From NCBI RefSeq assembly GCF_001194135.2, contig NC_068983.1, positions 27,994,488-28,058,487 on the forward strand: DNA of 64,000 bases, in the 5' to 3' direction. Source of the DNA: Octopus bimaculoides. Lineage: Eukaryota. The translations under genes and the position numbers were made by a program. Below, one piece after another: positions 39,939 to 52,508 of this stretch; position 1 is the stretch's first letter; each line of letters opens with the position of its first letter. The notes under the pieces are model-generated. The model had not been told where the DNA came from. It searched no databases and worked only from the letters and a program-made list of their open reading frames with translations.

Positions 39939-40336
39939 AAATAATACATTTCTAAATCTCTCAGTGAGATTTATGCAGTAGTGATACGATGAAGTAGTTG
40001 TATGCTGTCAACTTAATGTGACAGTCCCCTGAAGGGAATAATACTACTGTTGTTTAGACCTAGGAAGCTGCATCGCTTCCTGTCAGCCTTGACACATTTC
40101 CTGTGCCTTTATGTTTACAAGGGGGAGACAAGCACCTCCACAAGCAAAGACTCAGAAACATGTCTCTGGATGCAGGCTTGGCTGGGTGGAGGTGCTTGTC
40201 TCCTCCTTGTAAACATAAGGACACAGGAAATGTATCAAGGCCAACAGGAAGTGGTGCAGCTTCCTAGGTCTAACCAACAGTAGTATTACCCACTTCGGGG
40301 GACTGTCACATTAAGTTAACAGCATACAACTACTTC
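39939..40336. mobile_element. Fold-back element copy C with partial hammerhead in its centre
   Basis: Inverted arms 39991-~40140 and ~40185-40336. The centre has ...agcaaagactcaGAAAcatgTCtctgga, the 3' half of the ribozyme motif. The left end is the reverse complement of the right end of copy B. Confidence 0.8.
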
Positions 40337-40358
40337 AACAAATTTATGTTTTCAAAAA

Positions 40359-40413
40359 TAGAAATAATACATTTCTAAATCTCTCAGAGAGATTTAGAAA
40401 TGTATTATTTCTA
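40359..40413. repeat. Perfect 27-bp-arm palindrome with 1-nt spacer
   Basis: tagaaataatacatttctaaatctctc-a-gagagatttagaaatgtattatttcta. Confidence 0.95.
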
Positions 40414-40454
40414 CTTTTGAAATCAGTGAATATATTTCACTAGAATTATTATAT

Positions 40455-40685
40455 GTTTACGAGAGCTTGACAGGCATCTCCAACTAGCAGGCCATGCTAC
40501 TCCAGATTGATGACGAACAAAGACTCAGAAACTAGTCTCTGGATGCAGGTTTAGCTGGGTGGAGGTGCTTGTCTCCCCCTTGTAAACATAAGGACACAGG
40601 AAATGTGTCAAGGCCGACAGGAAGCGGTGCTGCTTCCTAGGGCTAAATAGCAGTAGTATTATTCCCTTCACAGGACTGTCACATT
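40455..40685 (+). mobile_element. Single-arm copy D of the same family, including full hammerhead motif
   Basis: The sequence after the ribozyme (tgcagg...gggtggaggtgcttgtctcccccttgtaaacataaggacacaggaaatgtgtcaagg...) matches the right arms of copies A-C. Confidence 0.75.
40501..40543 (+). ncRNA. Minimal type-I hammerhead ribozyme motif (probably inactive copy)
   Basis: TCCAGA (stem I) tTGATGA (core, C3->T) cgaacaaagactca (stem II, GAG..CTC in the consensus with copy C) GAAA C-TA-G TC (palindromic stem III, GUC site) TCTGGA (stem I', perfect complement). Confidence 0.75.
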
Positions 40686-41617
40686 CAATTTATGTTTACA
40701 AATGAAATAATAACAGAACACAATCCTTGTCCCATAAAAGCAGAAAAGTATTGAAATTGATAGTTTTGAGTTCATCCTGCCAGCATAGCCATATTTATTC
40801 ATAAGTTCCACACCAAAACATTGCATGTAATTCTTTATTCCAACTGCTGTCTTATCAATTTCTTTTCATTCTCACAATGCATTAACCAATAACTTTTCAA
40901 GTTCCACATAAACTGAGCCAAACTTTTTATCATTTTGTTCTGTCGTGACTTTCAAAAATACTAAAAGAAAATATTTTATTTCTTAGGCACATCATACATA
41001 AAACCATATAAAACTATAAAAAGGTTAGAAAGACCAGCTAAATACTCCTCATACTAAACCATGTTATCTTAAAATATATATGGACAGGCATGGCTTTGTG
41101 GATAGAGGCACAAGCATTGCTGTGTGGTAAGTAGCTTGTTTCCCAACCACATGGTTTTGGGTTCGGTCTTCTACTATAGCTTTGGCCTGACCAAAGCCTT
41201 GTGATTGGATTTGATAGATGAAAACTGAAAGAAGCCCATCTTATATATGTATAGGAGTAAATGTGTGTGTGTGTGTCTTTGAGCCTGTGTTTGTCACCCA
41301 CCACCACTTGACAACCAGTGTTGGTGTGTTTATGTCCCCATAATTTAGTGGCTTAGAAAGAGAGATCGATGGAATAAGTACCAAGCTTAAAGAAAAAGTA
41401 CAGTGGTCAATTCATTCGACTAAAACCTCTCCAAGGTGGTTCCCCAGCATGACCGCAGTCTAATGACTGGAACAAATGAAAGATAAGATACTTTTTGACA
41501 ATCTAGTACCAGATGCACTTAGTCTCTGAAGCAAGATGCAGTGGTCATAAGTGATACTCTTTGATCTTGGGTCACCTTGATCAGGGTTGGTGTGGAGTAC
41601 AAAGAACAAGAACTTAC

Positions 41618-41797
41618 CTATAATATCAGGATCATGACAAACACTGGCTTTACAGTCTTTGTGGCAAGATACATGGAGCATTTCTGAGGGTAGCTGATCA
41701 GGACTGTGTAAACCAAAACTGCTGTTGATTCCTTGTAACATCAAGTGATTGCTATCTTTGTCATGTGCTTTTTGGGAGTTGGAACTGGATTCTTGCC
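41618..41797 (-). CDS. FRMPD4: FRMPD4-like gene, first exon visible in window (180 nt, phase 1-1)
   Basis: Acceptor ttttcttttccag|GG CAA GAA and donor ATA G|gtaagt. Open frame (x)QESSSNSQKAHDKDSNHLMLQGINSSFGLHSPDQ...DPDII. Phase matches the next exon (G+AC=Asp). Confidence 0.7.
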
Positions 41798-42445
41798 CTG
41801 GAAAAGAAAAACAATGTTAAAAATTAATTTAATGTGAAAGCATATTTGCTAAAGCATTTTTTATACTAAAGCAAATTTTAAATAATCTTAACTGCTACAT
41901 TATATATAAGAACTGCCAAATATCCTGTAGAATTTAAAATAAGTTGAATTAATTATAGCAATTAGCAAGTGTTTTCATCAACTTCAACGTGAACTAATCT
42001 AATATAGTCCAAGTTTTATAAACTCAGCTGGCAAAAATGAGTAGTACCTGTATTGCAAAGGGCCAGTCTTGTCGCATTCTTTGTCACTCTAAATCTCCCC
42101 GAGGTCTATGTTTAGGGTATGTGTGTCTGGAGAGTTCTCAACCACTTGCATCTTAATTTCACACACAGATTGTTCCCTTGATCAAATCAACTGGAATCTT
42201 TGTTGCCATAACCAACAGAGTGCCAGAATACTGCAATGTGCTTGGATTTGTAATGTTAGGATTTTATCTATCTGCAGCTATTTATATTTTATTGCTTGCC
42301 TTTTGACACAAGGTCAGCATAACTGGACTATTACATTGTTAAAAATCTCCTCTATTTTCATCTATTATAGGATATAGAAAGAAAAAAAGGAGAACAAATC
42401 CAGATCATCTGCCAACAACTGAGAGATGTTTCTCCATTTCTCCAT

Positions 42446-42486
<41 letters not shown>

Positions 42487-42612
42487 AAAAGGTGGAGTTT
42501 TATTTCATCCTTTACTTTCGGGGGTTCCAAAGGTCGATTTCTAATAAAGATTCTTCATATTACATTGGTAGCTTACTGTTGTAAGAATTTTTCGAATATG
42601 AAAATGCTACAA

Positions 42613-43300
42613 GTATAAGCTGTGTTATGAGCATTTACAGAACACATATCCAATAGAAACTCAACAAACAATTAAAGATGGAGAAGAAAAGGTGTTAAAG
42701 GTTTAAAAAGAATTTAATCCATGCATACGATCACTTGAAACAGCAATATTAACATGTGTATAACATGGGAAAAAAACTTAGAAATTAATTTAATTATAAT
42801 TAAATTACTTACATATTACTGTTATCCTCAGTTTGGAAAAAGAATACATGAAAAAACTACTCAGAAAATTATTATATTTTCACAGAAGACTAGATGGAGT
42901 GAATGTCACAAAACATAATCGGATATACATAATATCCTTAAGAAAGATAAAAACATGCTAAGATAGTGTTGCATAAGGATATTATGTATATCCGATTACG
43001 TTATGTGACATTCACTCCATCTAGTCTTCTGTAACAATATAATAATTTTTTTATGTATTTTTTTTATGTATTCTTTTTCCACACTGAGGAGAACAGTAAT
43101 ATGTTATTAATTTAATTATAATTAAATTAATTTCTAATTTTTTCCCATGCTATTTAGATGTTAATATTACTGTTCAAAATGATCGTATGCAGGGATTAAA
43201 TTCTTTTAAACCTTTTAACATCTTTTCTTCTCCATCTTTAATCATTTGTTGAGCTTCTATTGGACGTGTGTTCTATAAATACTCATAACATACCTTATAC
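42613..43300. repeat. AT-rich fold-back (arms ~328 bp, 33-nt loop), probable MITE
   Basis: 42613-42940 against 42974-43300. The inner arms (agaagactagatggagtgaatgtcaca...ggatatacataatatcctta) are near perfect and the outer arms more diverged. Confidence 0.9.
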
Positions 43301-44992
43301 TACCACCACTGCATGATCTACAAGATGGCCATTGAGAAAGTAAAGGTTGGCCATGTGTATAACCTGGCCTTCAAACCTTTTTGCTCCCTTAATTATAACT
43401 GTTCTATTTTGCAAAAAGAGTTATTTTTAAACAGTACACTCTCACACACATACATAATATAGTAAAAGGAAAAATTTTGACTGAGATTATCCACCAAAAT
43501 ATTTAACAAAAACTACATTTAGTGGTGTTTAAAATCTGAAAAAATATCTAAGAGAAATATATCTAATATCAGCTAATTAATTTCCTTAGGGGAAAAAAAT
43601 AAAATTATGCAAATGTAAGTAGATCCTGTCTTTTAGGCCAACTTGCAAATGGTTATGCTTCTCTGTCAGTTTGGCAAATATTCTTTCTGACATTGGATAA
43701 CTAATCATTTACAGACATCTTAGATTATCATCAAGAGAATATTGGCAAAAATTCATTGACCAAAACACAAAAACTACTGACACAAACACAATGTTTTTTC
43801 CTCCTGTCTCTTCTACTACTTTGTCTCTCTGAAATAGCTAGCAGCATACCACTTCCAATACCACCTTTCTATCAAACCTGCTTCTCTTCCTCACCCTCCT
43901 CTTATGGTTTTTATTGGTTCCAAACCCCAGATATTTGAGGAAAAGACTTTGCCTATCTATTTTTGCCAGAGATACAATTCTAGGTTTCCCTTGCTATCAG
44001 TGCTTCCTCTATAGTTATTGACTTGCAGAAACCCAAAGTGAACATTAACTGTATCAATATGAGTAACAGTCAGAGAGGAACTTCTCGGGTGATAAGAACT
44101 ACCTAACTTTTTTCAGATAGTAAAAGAAAATCTACCAACATTGTCTTGTAACTGCTGATCTACAAAGAAGCACAACGTTAATATCAACTGCTCTAGTCTG
44201 GGTGAGACTTAAAAGGTAACGAGCACTGTCTAACTTTTTCTACATAACTTTAAAAAAAAAAAAAATATCCGCTAATGCTGCTCTCAAAGTTTTTAACTTG
44301 CATAGAAACTGAACATAAAATAGAAACTAACCATTAAAATGCAAACTGAAAATTAAACAACAGTTTCTGAAGGACTTCAAAGGTATTATTGGTTTTGAAA
44401 ATCATTGACACCACCCAACAGAAGAAATAACATACGTCTCTTACTTCTTGCACTCTTCCTTCTAGCTCATGAAGACGTCATTTCACAGAATAGTTGGTGT
44501 GTTTGATACTACGAAGTAGTACCTTAATTTTAGAATGCCTAGTAGCCAGTGAACTTAACAGAGGTAGCAGCTAAATCTTCAATTCACTCTCTATCATCTA
44601 ATCAAGTGAGGTGCAAGAGAATGTCATTGCAAACGATCAGCTATAATTTAGGAAGCAAGTGAACTTAAAGGGAGTGCCTAACACATTAGCATCTTTTGGT
44701 TGTTTAGTGGTTACCTTGAAGATCTTACGGTGATGGCAGTCTATGTATGGGGAACAGGATCAAATGTCTGTCAGTTGACAGCAAGTGACCTTGTCTAGGT
44801 CTTGTTGACAGTATTCTTTTTTTATCACCAAATGAAAAAAAAAGAACACTGGGTCATTATGATGGGATAGTCATACATAAAGATTTTTTAATATAGGCAC
44901 AAGATTGGCTGTGTGGTCAAGAAATTTGCTTCCTCAAGGTTCAGCCCCACTGCTTTGTACCTTGGACAACTGTCTTTTACTATAATTCCAGC

Positions 44993-45362
44993 GGAGGCGC
45001 AATGGCCCAGCGGACTCGCGGTCATAGGATTGCGCTTTTGATTCCCAGACTGGGCGTTGTTAGTGTTTATTGAAAGAAAACACCTAAAGTTCTATGAGAC
45101 TCTTGCAGGGGGTGGTGGCAAACCCTGCTGTACTCTTTCACCACAACTTTCTTTCACACTTTCTTCCTGTTTCTGTTGTGCCTGTAATTCAGAGGGTCAG
45201 CCTTGTCACACTGCGTCACGCTGAATCTCCCCGAGAACTACGTTAAGGGTACACGTGTCTGTGGAGTGCTCAGCCACTTACATGTTAATTTCACAAGCAA
45301 GCTATTCCATTGATCAGATCAACTGGAACCCTCATCGTTGTAACCGACGGAGTACCAAGAAG
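44993..45362 (+). mobile_element. SINE nested inside an older OK-like SINE (44895-45430)
   Basis: 14-bp TSD actataat(t/c)ccagc at 44979-44992 and 45363-45376. The host SINE resumes after the insert. Confidence 0.85.
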
Positions 45363-48300
45363 ACTATAATCCCAGCAACCAAACTATTGTGAGTGGATCT
45401 CGTAGACAAAGACTGAAAAACAGCCCACCATATGTGTGTGTGTGTATGCGTCTTATTATATTGACACCATGTAATAGTTGTGAACAAGCATCACCATCAA
45501 ATGCATCTAGCTATAGAAAATCTGCCTCAATGAATTCTTTATGACTCATGGAAAAGTGTATGTCAAAATCATGATGGAGATGAATAAGGCCAGAAATTAG
45601 GGAGGTTGGAACAGTCGATTATATTAATCCTACACTTAATCACTACTTTATTATTTTATGAATCCAAGAAAGTTGAAAGGCAAAGTTGTCAACTGCAGCA
45701 TCAATCAACTTCGTTTGTCATATAATTTAAGAATCTTATCAGCAGTAAGCCAGTGAGGGAATCTTTCATGGTTTGGTTGGCATCCTAGTAACCAAATGGT
45801 AACCAAATTTCCCTTATATCATACATAAATGGCTATGAAAAAAAGACACATTGGGTAATGCATTTCTGAAATAAGAAAAAATCTGAAAATAAAGTGGATT
45901 GACACAGTGAGAATGATTTTAATCAAAGTTTATTCATTCAGAGATGACTTGTGGTTAAATAACTACTGGAAAAATCTTGATTTGCAATGTTTCTCTACAA
46001 GTTATTATATATGAAAGATCCCCTTTGATCATGAATGACCATGAGATTGCACCTAGAAAGTTCCCCTCTGAGGCACAAGTCCAGACAAGGTTCTTTATGG
46101 AAGAGCAGCAGTCACCCATGTATACCAGCCTCCCTTCTCCATGCCACCAACGTTATCCAAGGGAAAGGCAAAGGCCAATACAGTGGGATTGCAACTCATT
46201 TCTACAGCTGAGTAAACTGGAGCAATGTAAGATAAAGTATCTTGCTCAAGAACACAATACACAGCCTGGTCTAGGAATTGAACTCACTACTTCATGATTG
46301 TAAACCCAACACTCAAACCACCAAACCATGCATCTTCACAAGTTATTATAATCCCATTTAAATGTAGGATGCAGTAGACAATATAAATCAACCCAAATTC
46401 TTTTGACTGGCACTTATTTTACCGACCCTGGGAAGTTGAAATGTAAAGCTCATCTCAGTGAGATTTTGAACTCAGAATATAAAAAGAAAAGAATTTGTCT
46501 GGCACTTTGATTTTGCAACTCTACTGCTTTTGAATAAATATTTTTTTTTCCTTTCTGCAATGAAAAACTATAATTAGGATTGGATATATATATAATATTA
46601 AATGATCAACATCCGTAAATTTTACTGTTTTATTAGATGCTAAAATCTCTAGAAACAATAGATGCAGCATGGCAGTTTCTAAAAGAAAACAAATTGAAAT
46701 AATTAAGAGGTTGATATACACATTTATATAACTATCTACATATATATATATCCATTTTCTATGGCAACCTTCCTGAACTAGATAACTAACTTATCTTGTA
46801 AAATCTCTTGAAGAGCTAGAGAAAAAATGGTGTGAAATTCATAGCTGTAAACTCGTATGATTGTTGATAAAATGAATAGAATAAATAACCAAGTAAATAA
46901 ATAGATATAATGGAAGTGGTTGAATATTATAATGAAAGAAGGTCATGTAAGTTAAACATTTCATACATGAGATAGATGCATGTAATTTACTGTCTAAAAC
47001 AGGAAAACTCATTACAATCATAAAATGGAATATTAATTTAATAAATTTAGAACAAATGGGAAATAAAATGAGAATAAATCAACTTTTATGATGTTCACCA
47101 TCATGATGATGAAGATAAATGATGATGATAATAATAATAATAATAATAATAATTTCTTTCAAATTATGGCACAACGCCAGTAATTTCGGGACAGAGGACT
47201 AGTCATTTGTATCAACCCCAGTGTTCAATAGGTCCTTATTTTATCGACCCTGAAAAGATGAGAGACAAAGTCAGACATAAAGATGGACAAAATGCTGCTA
47301 AGCATCTTGTTCAGCTCACTGACAATTCTGCATCCTTTCCACAAGAAGATGCAAGGAAGTTGTGTTAATCTGCTCAAATAAAAACTGAAGCAAGGCACAG
47401 TAGAAGTGATGCATATATTTGCCACGCCTGACATTCCAAGGGAAGCTTTCTCTCTGTTCATTTAAGGATGAAATTGGCTATTCTGTGTCTCACTTTGTTT
47501 CATTTCCTATTCACTTTGAGTTCAGGACCAAACCAGATTCAAGAAACTTAACTGGATTATTGGTGAAATACTCCATAACACTTGCATTGACATTTGAACA
47601 TTTAAAGAACTAGAAGAAATACTTCAAGGCATTTTTGTCTTAAGCTCTTATAATTCTTCCAATCCACCAATAATAGCATTAACCAATAATTAAAAGAATA
47701 AGAATCTATATTGGAATTTTTTAAATCAAAAGTTTTTTGTAAAATAAATGTAAAAATTTTTTTTTTCCTTTATTTAAAGTGAAGTTTCTATTAGTTCTAG
47801 TATGTTATACCTCTAATTTCTACTGCATCAAGATGAAATCAAACTGATGATTACTGCATCAAGATGAAATCAAACCAGTGAAACAGGCTCTAAATTTCTG
47901 ACAGATCAGCTAGAAATAGCAGCAAAATTTTTTCAAATCCTAACATAGCTAAGCAAGGAAACATTGATAATATAGTTCAAGATATGTTATGCCAAGGAAA
48001 GAAAAGTATAATCATAGCTGGAATATCTTTGATTATAATCTATTTGATCAGAGCTGACTGAAGGCTAAACACTAACAACAATTATAATTACAGTAAGTAT
48101 AGGTACAGGTATGGTTGTGTGTAAAAGGAATTCACCTCACAATCATGTAATTTTAGGTTTGCCCCCACAGTGCTGCATCTTGAGTAAGTATCTTCTACTA
48201 GAGAGCCTCAAAAAATGTGTCAACACTTTCACTGACAAGAAAAACAAGCAAGTCTTCATGAATGAAGGTGTTTGTATCAGGCTATGCATTGCCTTGTCAC

Positions 48301-51300
48301 TCTCATCACTGAAAATACAATAAACCAGTGATTGATATATGAGGTAACTTATAACGAAGGAAGTTGTTGTTCACTAATTACAATGTAAAATAGATATTAC
48401 ACAACTTACCTTATCTACTCAGGCACTTACAAACAGTTGTTGAATTACAAAAAGGCTGCACTAACATTCATGAGTGCCATTAGTGGTTATATTGGGAAAG
48501 TTATATACAAGTTAGTACAAGTTGTATTTATCAGTCAAATGAGTTTAGCTATGTCTTCAAAAGGGAATTGTTTAAAATTACAAGATACTATCATGTATAG
48601 TATTTCACAAGTGGGCCAAAGAGATAGGGAAAAGTAATGCAATGAATGTGAACGATTTTCTAGCAAGAAGCTTAAGTACATGTTGACATTTATAAGAAGC
48701 AGATATGTTTGTGTGAATATGGAATTTGCTTTGTAACCGTGTAGATCTGAGTTCTCTTTTGCTGTGTGGCACACCTTAGGCAAGTGTCACCTGCTATTAT
48801 CTCAAACTGATTAATGTCTTGTAAGTGGAATGCCTTGTGTTAAATGACAACTGCATTGAAACCTGGTCATATATTATCATCACATATATGTGTGTGTTAT
48901 ATGATATTACATTGCTCATTTGTTCTAGCTTCTTCGAGGTATTGCCTTTATAGTAACTTGCTTTCCTTCACTAATCCTTACCTGTTTCTCAGTTAAGTTA
49001 TATTCCCTTAATATTTGAAAGAGCAGAGCTAGGAGACAATTTACTGACAGGGGAAATGTTAGTAAATATCATTGTCCATGGCCCAATGACTTTCATGTAA
49101 CATTCAGAAGGTAAATATTCACTTGTGTATTTGCAAACATACACAGGGCTTTAAATGTTAAATATTCCTTAATAACTAATAAACAATCCTTATAATTGGC
49201 TGCTTGAGAAGTTCCTTTCACAAGTATGATTGTTAAATGACCTTCTTAACCACCGAGTCATGCCCACAGAAATTTCCCTTCTATTGTACCTTAGACTAGT
49301 ATCTTTTAGTTTAGTCTGTTATCAACAAAGCCCTCTGAGTAAAATTTGATAGAAATAATACTTTGTGAAAGCCCAAAGGAGGAACAGTTCTAGCTTTTGG
49401 AATGGTAGACGTAAACTATTGTTCAATTTAACGCCGCCCTCTGGACTTAGTGTTTTTAGCAGAGTTTAGTCTGTTACAAGCATTTAGTCTTTTAGCATTC
49501 AGATTACTGTGTCAAATGTGATACTTATATAGATGTATCATTTTTGAATGAGTCGTGCATCATCATGTAGCTGTGAGATTTCAATGATGCGATTGTTTAT
49601 CATTAGAATGAGATTATAAGCTAGGTGTGAGAGGCCAGATCTGACCAGTTTCAACACAAAACAGGTAGATTATTTGGGCTGGATATAGCTGGTTTAAATG
49701 CTAAAGGGTTAAGCCAGGGACCAGTCAGTGAGGCACTGAAAAGTGTCTTGGGTATTGCAATTCCTACTCCTGATTACAGCCTTAAAAAGAAAATAAATCA
49801 GGATTAATTACTAAGTAAAACACAGTAAAAAGATTCCAAATATTGAAGGTGATTGATCCTTAGTAACGTTACAAATATGTGAAAATAGCTATATTTCTTT
49901 TATCTTGTCTCAGTTATTAGAGTGTAGCCATACTTGGCACTGCCGTGAAGAACTTTAGCCGAATGAATCAAATCCAGTTCTTGTTTTTATTTTTCTTAAG
50001 CCTAGTACTTATTCAGTCAATCTCTTTTTCTGAACCACTAATGTCACTGGAACATAAGTGCACATACAATGGTCTTCTTTCAGTTTCCATCTATCAAATC
50101 CATTCGCAAGGCTTTGGTTGGCTTGAGGCCATAGTAAAAAAAAAACATTTGCCCAAGGTACTACACAATAAGACTGAACCTGTAGCTTTGTGGTTGGGAA
50201 GCAAACTTCTTACCACACAGGCATGCCAATACCTACATGTTAATCGTTGCTTAATGAAAATTAGCTATAATAAACTAGTGCTGCTGAGCAGCTAGATTTG
50301 ATGTATGCTCAACTGTTGTTATTTAGCACCAGCTCAGTCTAAATCAAGCAGACTTGTGATTAAAGGGAATTACAACCATGACCATTCTATCTTTCTAGGG
50401 TTGCATTGTGCAATGTGTTCAGCTACTTTTAAGAACGCATTGTGATATTTAAGGAAGATATGACTGTTACTTCAAGGAGATCTTGTTTTTACATACAGGA
50501 ACCTCTATTGAATTGATTTATGTTTAGATGGTTTTATGGTAAAGCCCAAATAAATAAAAAGATGTGGTCCAATTGTTTTTATTTCTAAATCAGGCGACAA
50601 GGCAGTACCCATGCATTTTTACAGAGTCTCTAAGACTTATAGGAAAGCAGATGGTGTCCTCAAACCAAAAGTGTTTTCGAGTCAGAGACTTGGCTCAAAT
50701 GCTCACAACAGAGTGAACTCTGTTAACATTTAGCACATAGAATTGTTTCCTCCGCCACTGCCCTGTTACCACAGAGGAGAAAACTCATATGATGACATTA
50801 TGCACCAAAAGTGTGCTAAAGTTTAAAGGCACCCATGAACCAAGTGGTGCTGTTAAACTAATCCTTCTGATGGGCTTCTGTACAGACCATATATAAGACT
50901 TTGGTGGAGTAAAATCTGTGATAGAATACAATTACCAAAAGTGCTACACAGTGGTTCAAACAAAGAACCACATATTCGCAGATTGAATTTCTTAACCAAG
51001 CAGCAATTCCTGTTCTCCTATTGCAAACATTTATTAATTTTTGCACCCATCAATATTTTTCATAGATGTATAGAAAAGAAAAGATGTAGAGGGATATGTT
51101 ATTTTTAACATTTTGTTTAAAACAAAGAAGATGTGACTGGATAACATTTATAGCGATTCTCACCATTACAATGTGAGATGAGGATAGAGAATGTTGAACT
51201 ACAATTAGTGATTGTTTTGTACTTGCTTGAATCCTTTCAATCCATAGAAACATAATATCTATTACCTGAAGATAAATATATATTTATAACATAATTAATG

Positions 51301-51636
51301 TACACACATTCATGCACACATATACATATATTTATAATGAAGAGGTAGGTGAAGGAGATAAAAATGTAGGTTGTAGAGTAGGAATACAATCATAAAATAC
51401 ATTGTGCTGCATCTTTTATATAAGGAAGAAGATGCTTGAATGGAATTTAAAAGTGCAATCTACAAATATCATACTGATATTTTGTGTATTGAGTTGTGTG
51501 TGTGTGTATAAAAACAGTAACTCTGAATAAGAGGCAATTCAGACCATGATAACCCTCCATTCCATACCAGAATGGAAAATAAGCATAGAACTATGATCAT
51601 GGTGGGGGGAGCTCTCTCTCTCTCTCTCTCTCTCTG

Positions 51637-51705
<69 letters not shown>

Positions 51706-51993
51706 ATTAGTAGATACACAGTTTTGAGGTAATTTCAAATGTAAGGTATACCTTTAATAATAAACATATAAATTTAGCTTTATTGGGAAAGTAATTGAAG
51801 TGTTTACACAGCAGGTTTTATCTCTCTAAAGGAAAGAAAATCCATATGATCAGTTTCTAGTCCTTTTAGATCCTTATCAGAGAAAGAACACCCCTCGTTT
51901 GTCCATAGAGATATTAGTAGCACATAGCTATTTATAGTGAATACAATCTAAAATTCAGCTAAACTGAAGCTAATACTGTGATTGATTTTTCAG

Positions 51994-52018
51994 AGTAAAT
52001 TCATATCAATAGAAGCTG
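51994..52018 (+). CDS. Candidate 25-nt micro-exon (SKFISIEA, phase 0-1)
   Basis: gattgatttttcag|AGTAAATTCATATCAATAGAAGCTG|gtaagt has strong splice sites and only one open frame. No linking exon to 54714 was found. Confidence 0.3.
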
Positions 52019-52244
52019 GTAAGTTCAATAGATTTTGCAGAAACTGTAGTGACGAGAGTGGACACCAGTTAGCCAAAACAGTCTAGGTCTTAAATGCTTG
52101 GTTGCTGTAGTAAATGGATACACTATACTTCAAGGAAAGGCATAACTCTTTAGCATTTAGATTACTCTACTAAATCTAATGCTCATTCATTCACATTGTT
52201 TTAAATTAATCATGCATTGTTTCATAACGTCAATATTTCAATGA

Positions 52245-52447
52245 TACTCTTTTACTTGTTTCAGTCATTTGACTGTGGCCATGCTGGAGCACCACCTTTA
52301 GTCGAACAAATCGACCCCAGGACTTATTCTTTGTAAGCCTAGTACTTATTCTACTGGTCTCTTTTGCCGAACTGCTAAGTTACGGGGACGTAAGCACACC
52401 AGCATCGGTTGTCAAGCGATGTTGGGGGGACAAACACAGACACACAA

Positions 52448-52508
<61 letters not shown>

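Noticed and set aside
47468-47551. 27-aa signal-peptide-like ORF MKLAILCLTLFHFLFTLSSGPNQIQET*
   Set aside because: It is too short, has no convincing donor, and hydrophobic reads arise easily from T-rich DNA.
47820-47876. 31-bp-period direct duplication (tactgcatcaagatgaaatcaaac x2), and an 18-bp triple repeat at about 29604-29658
   Set aside because: These are ordinary local slippage duplications with no further structure.
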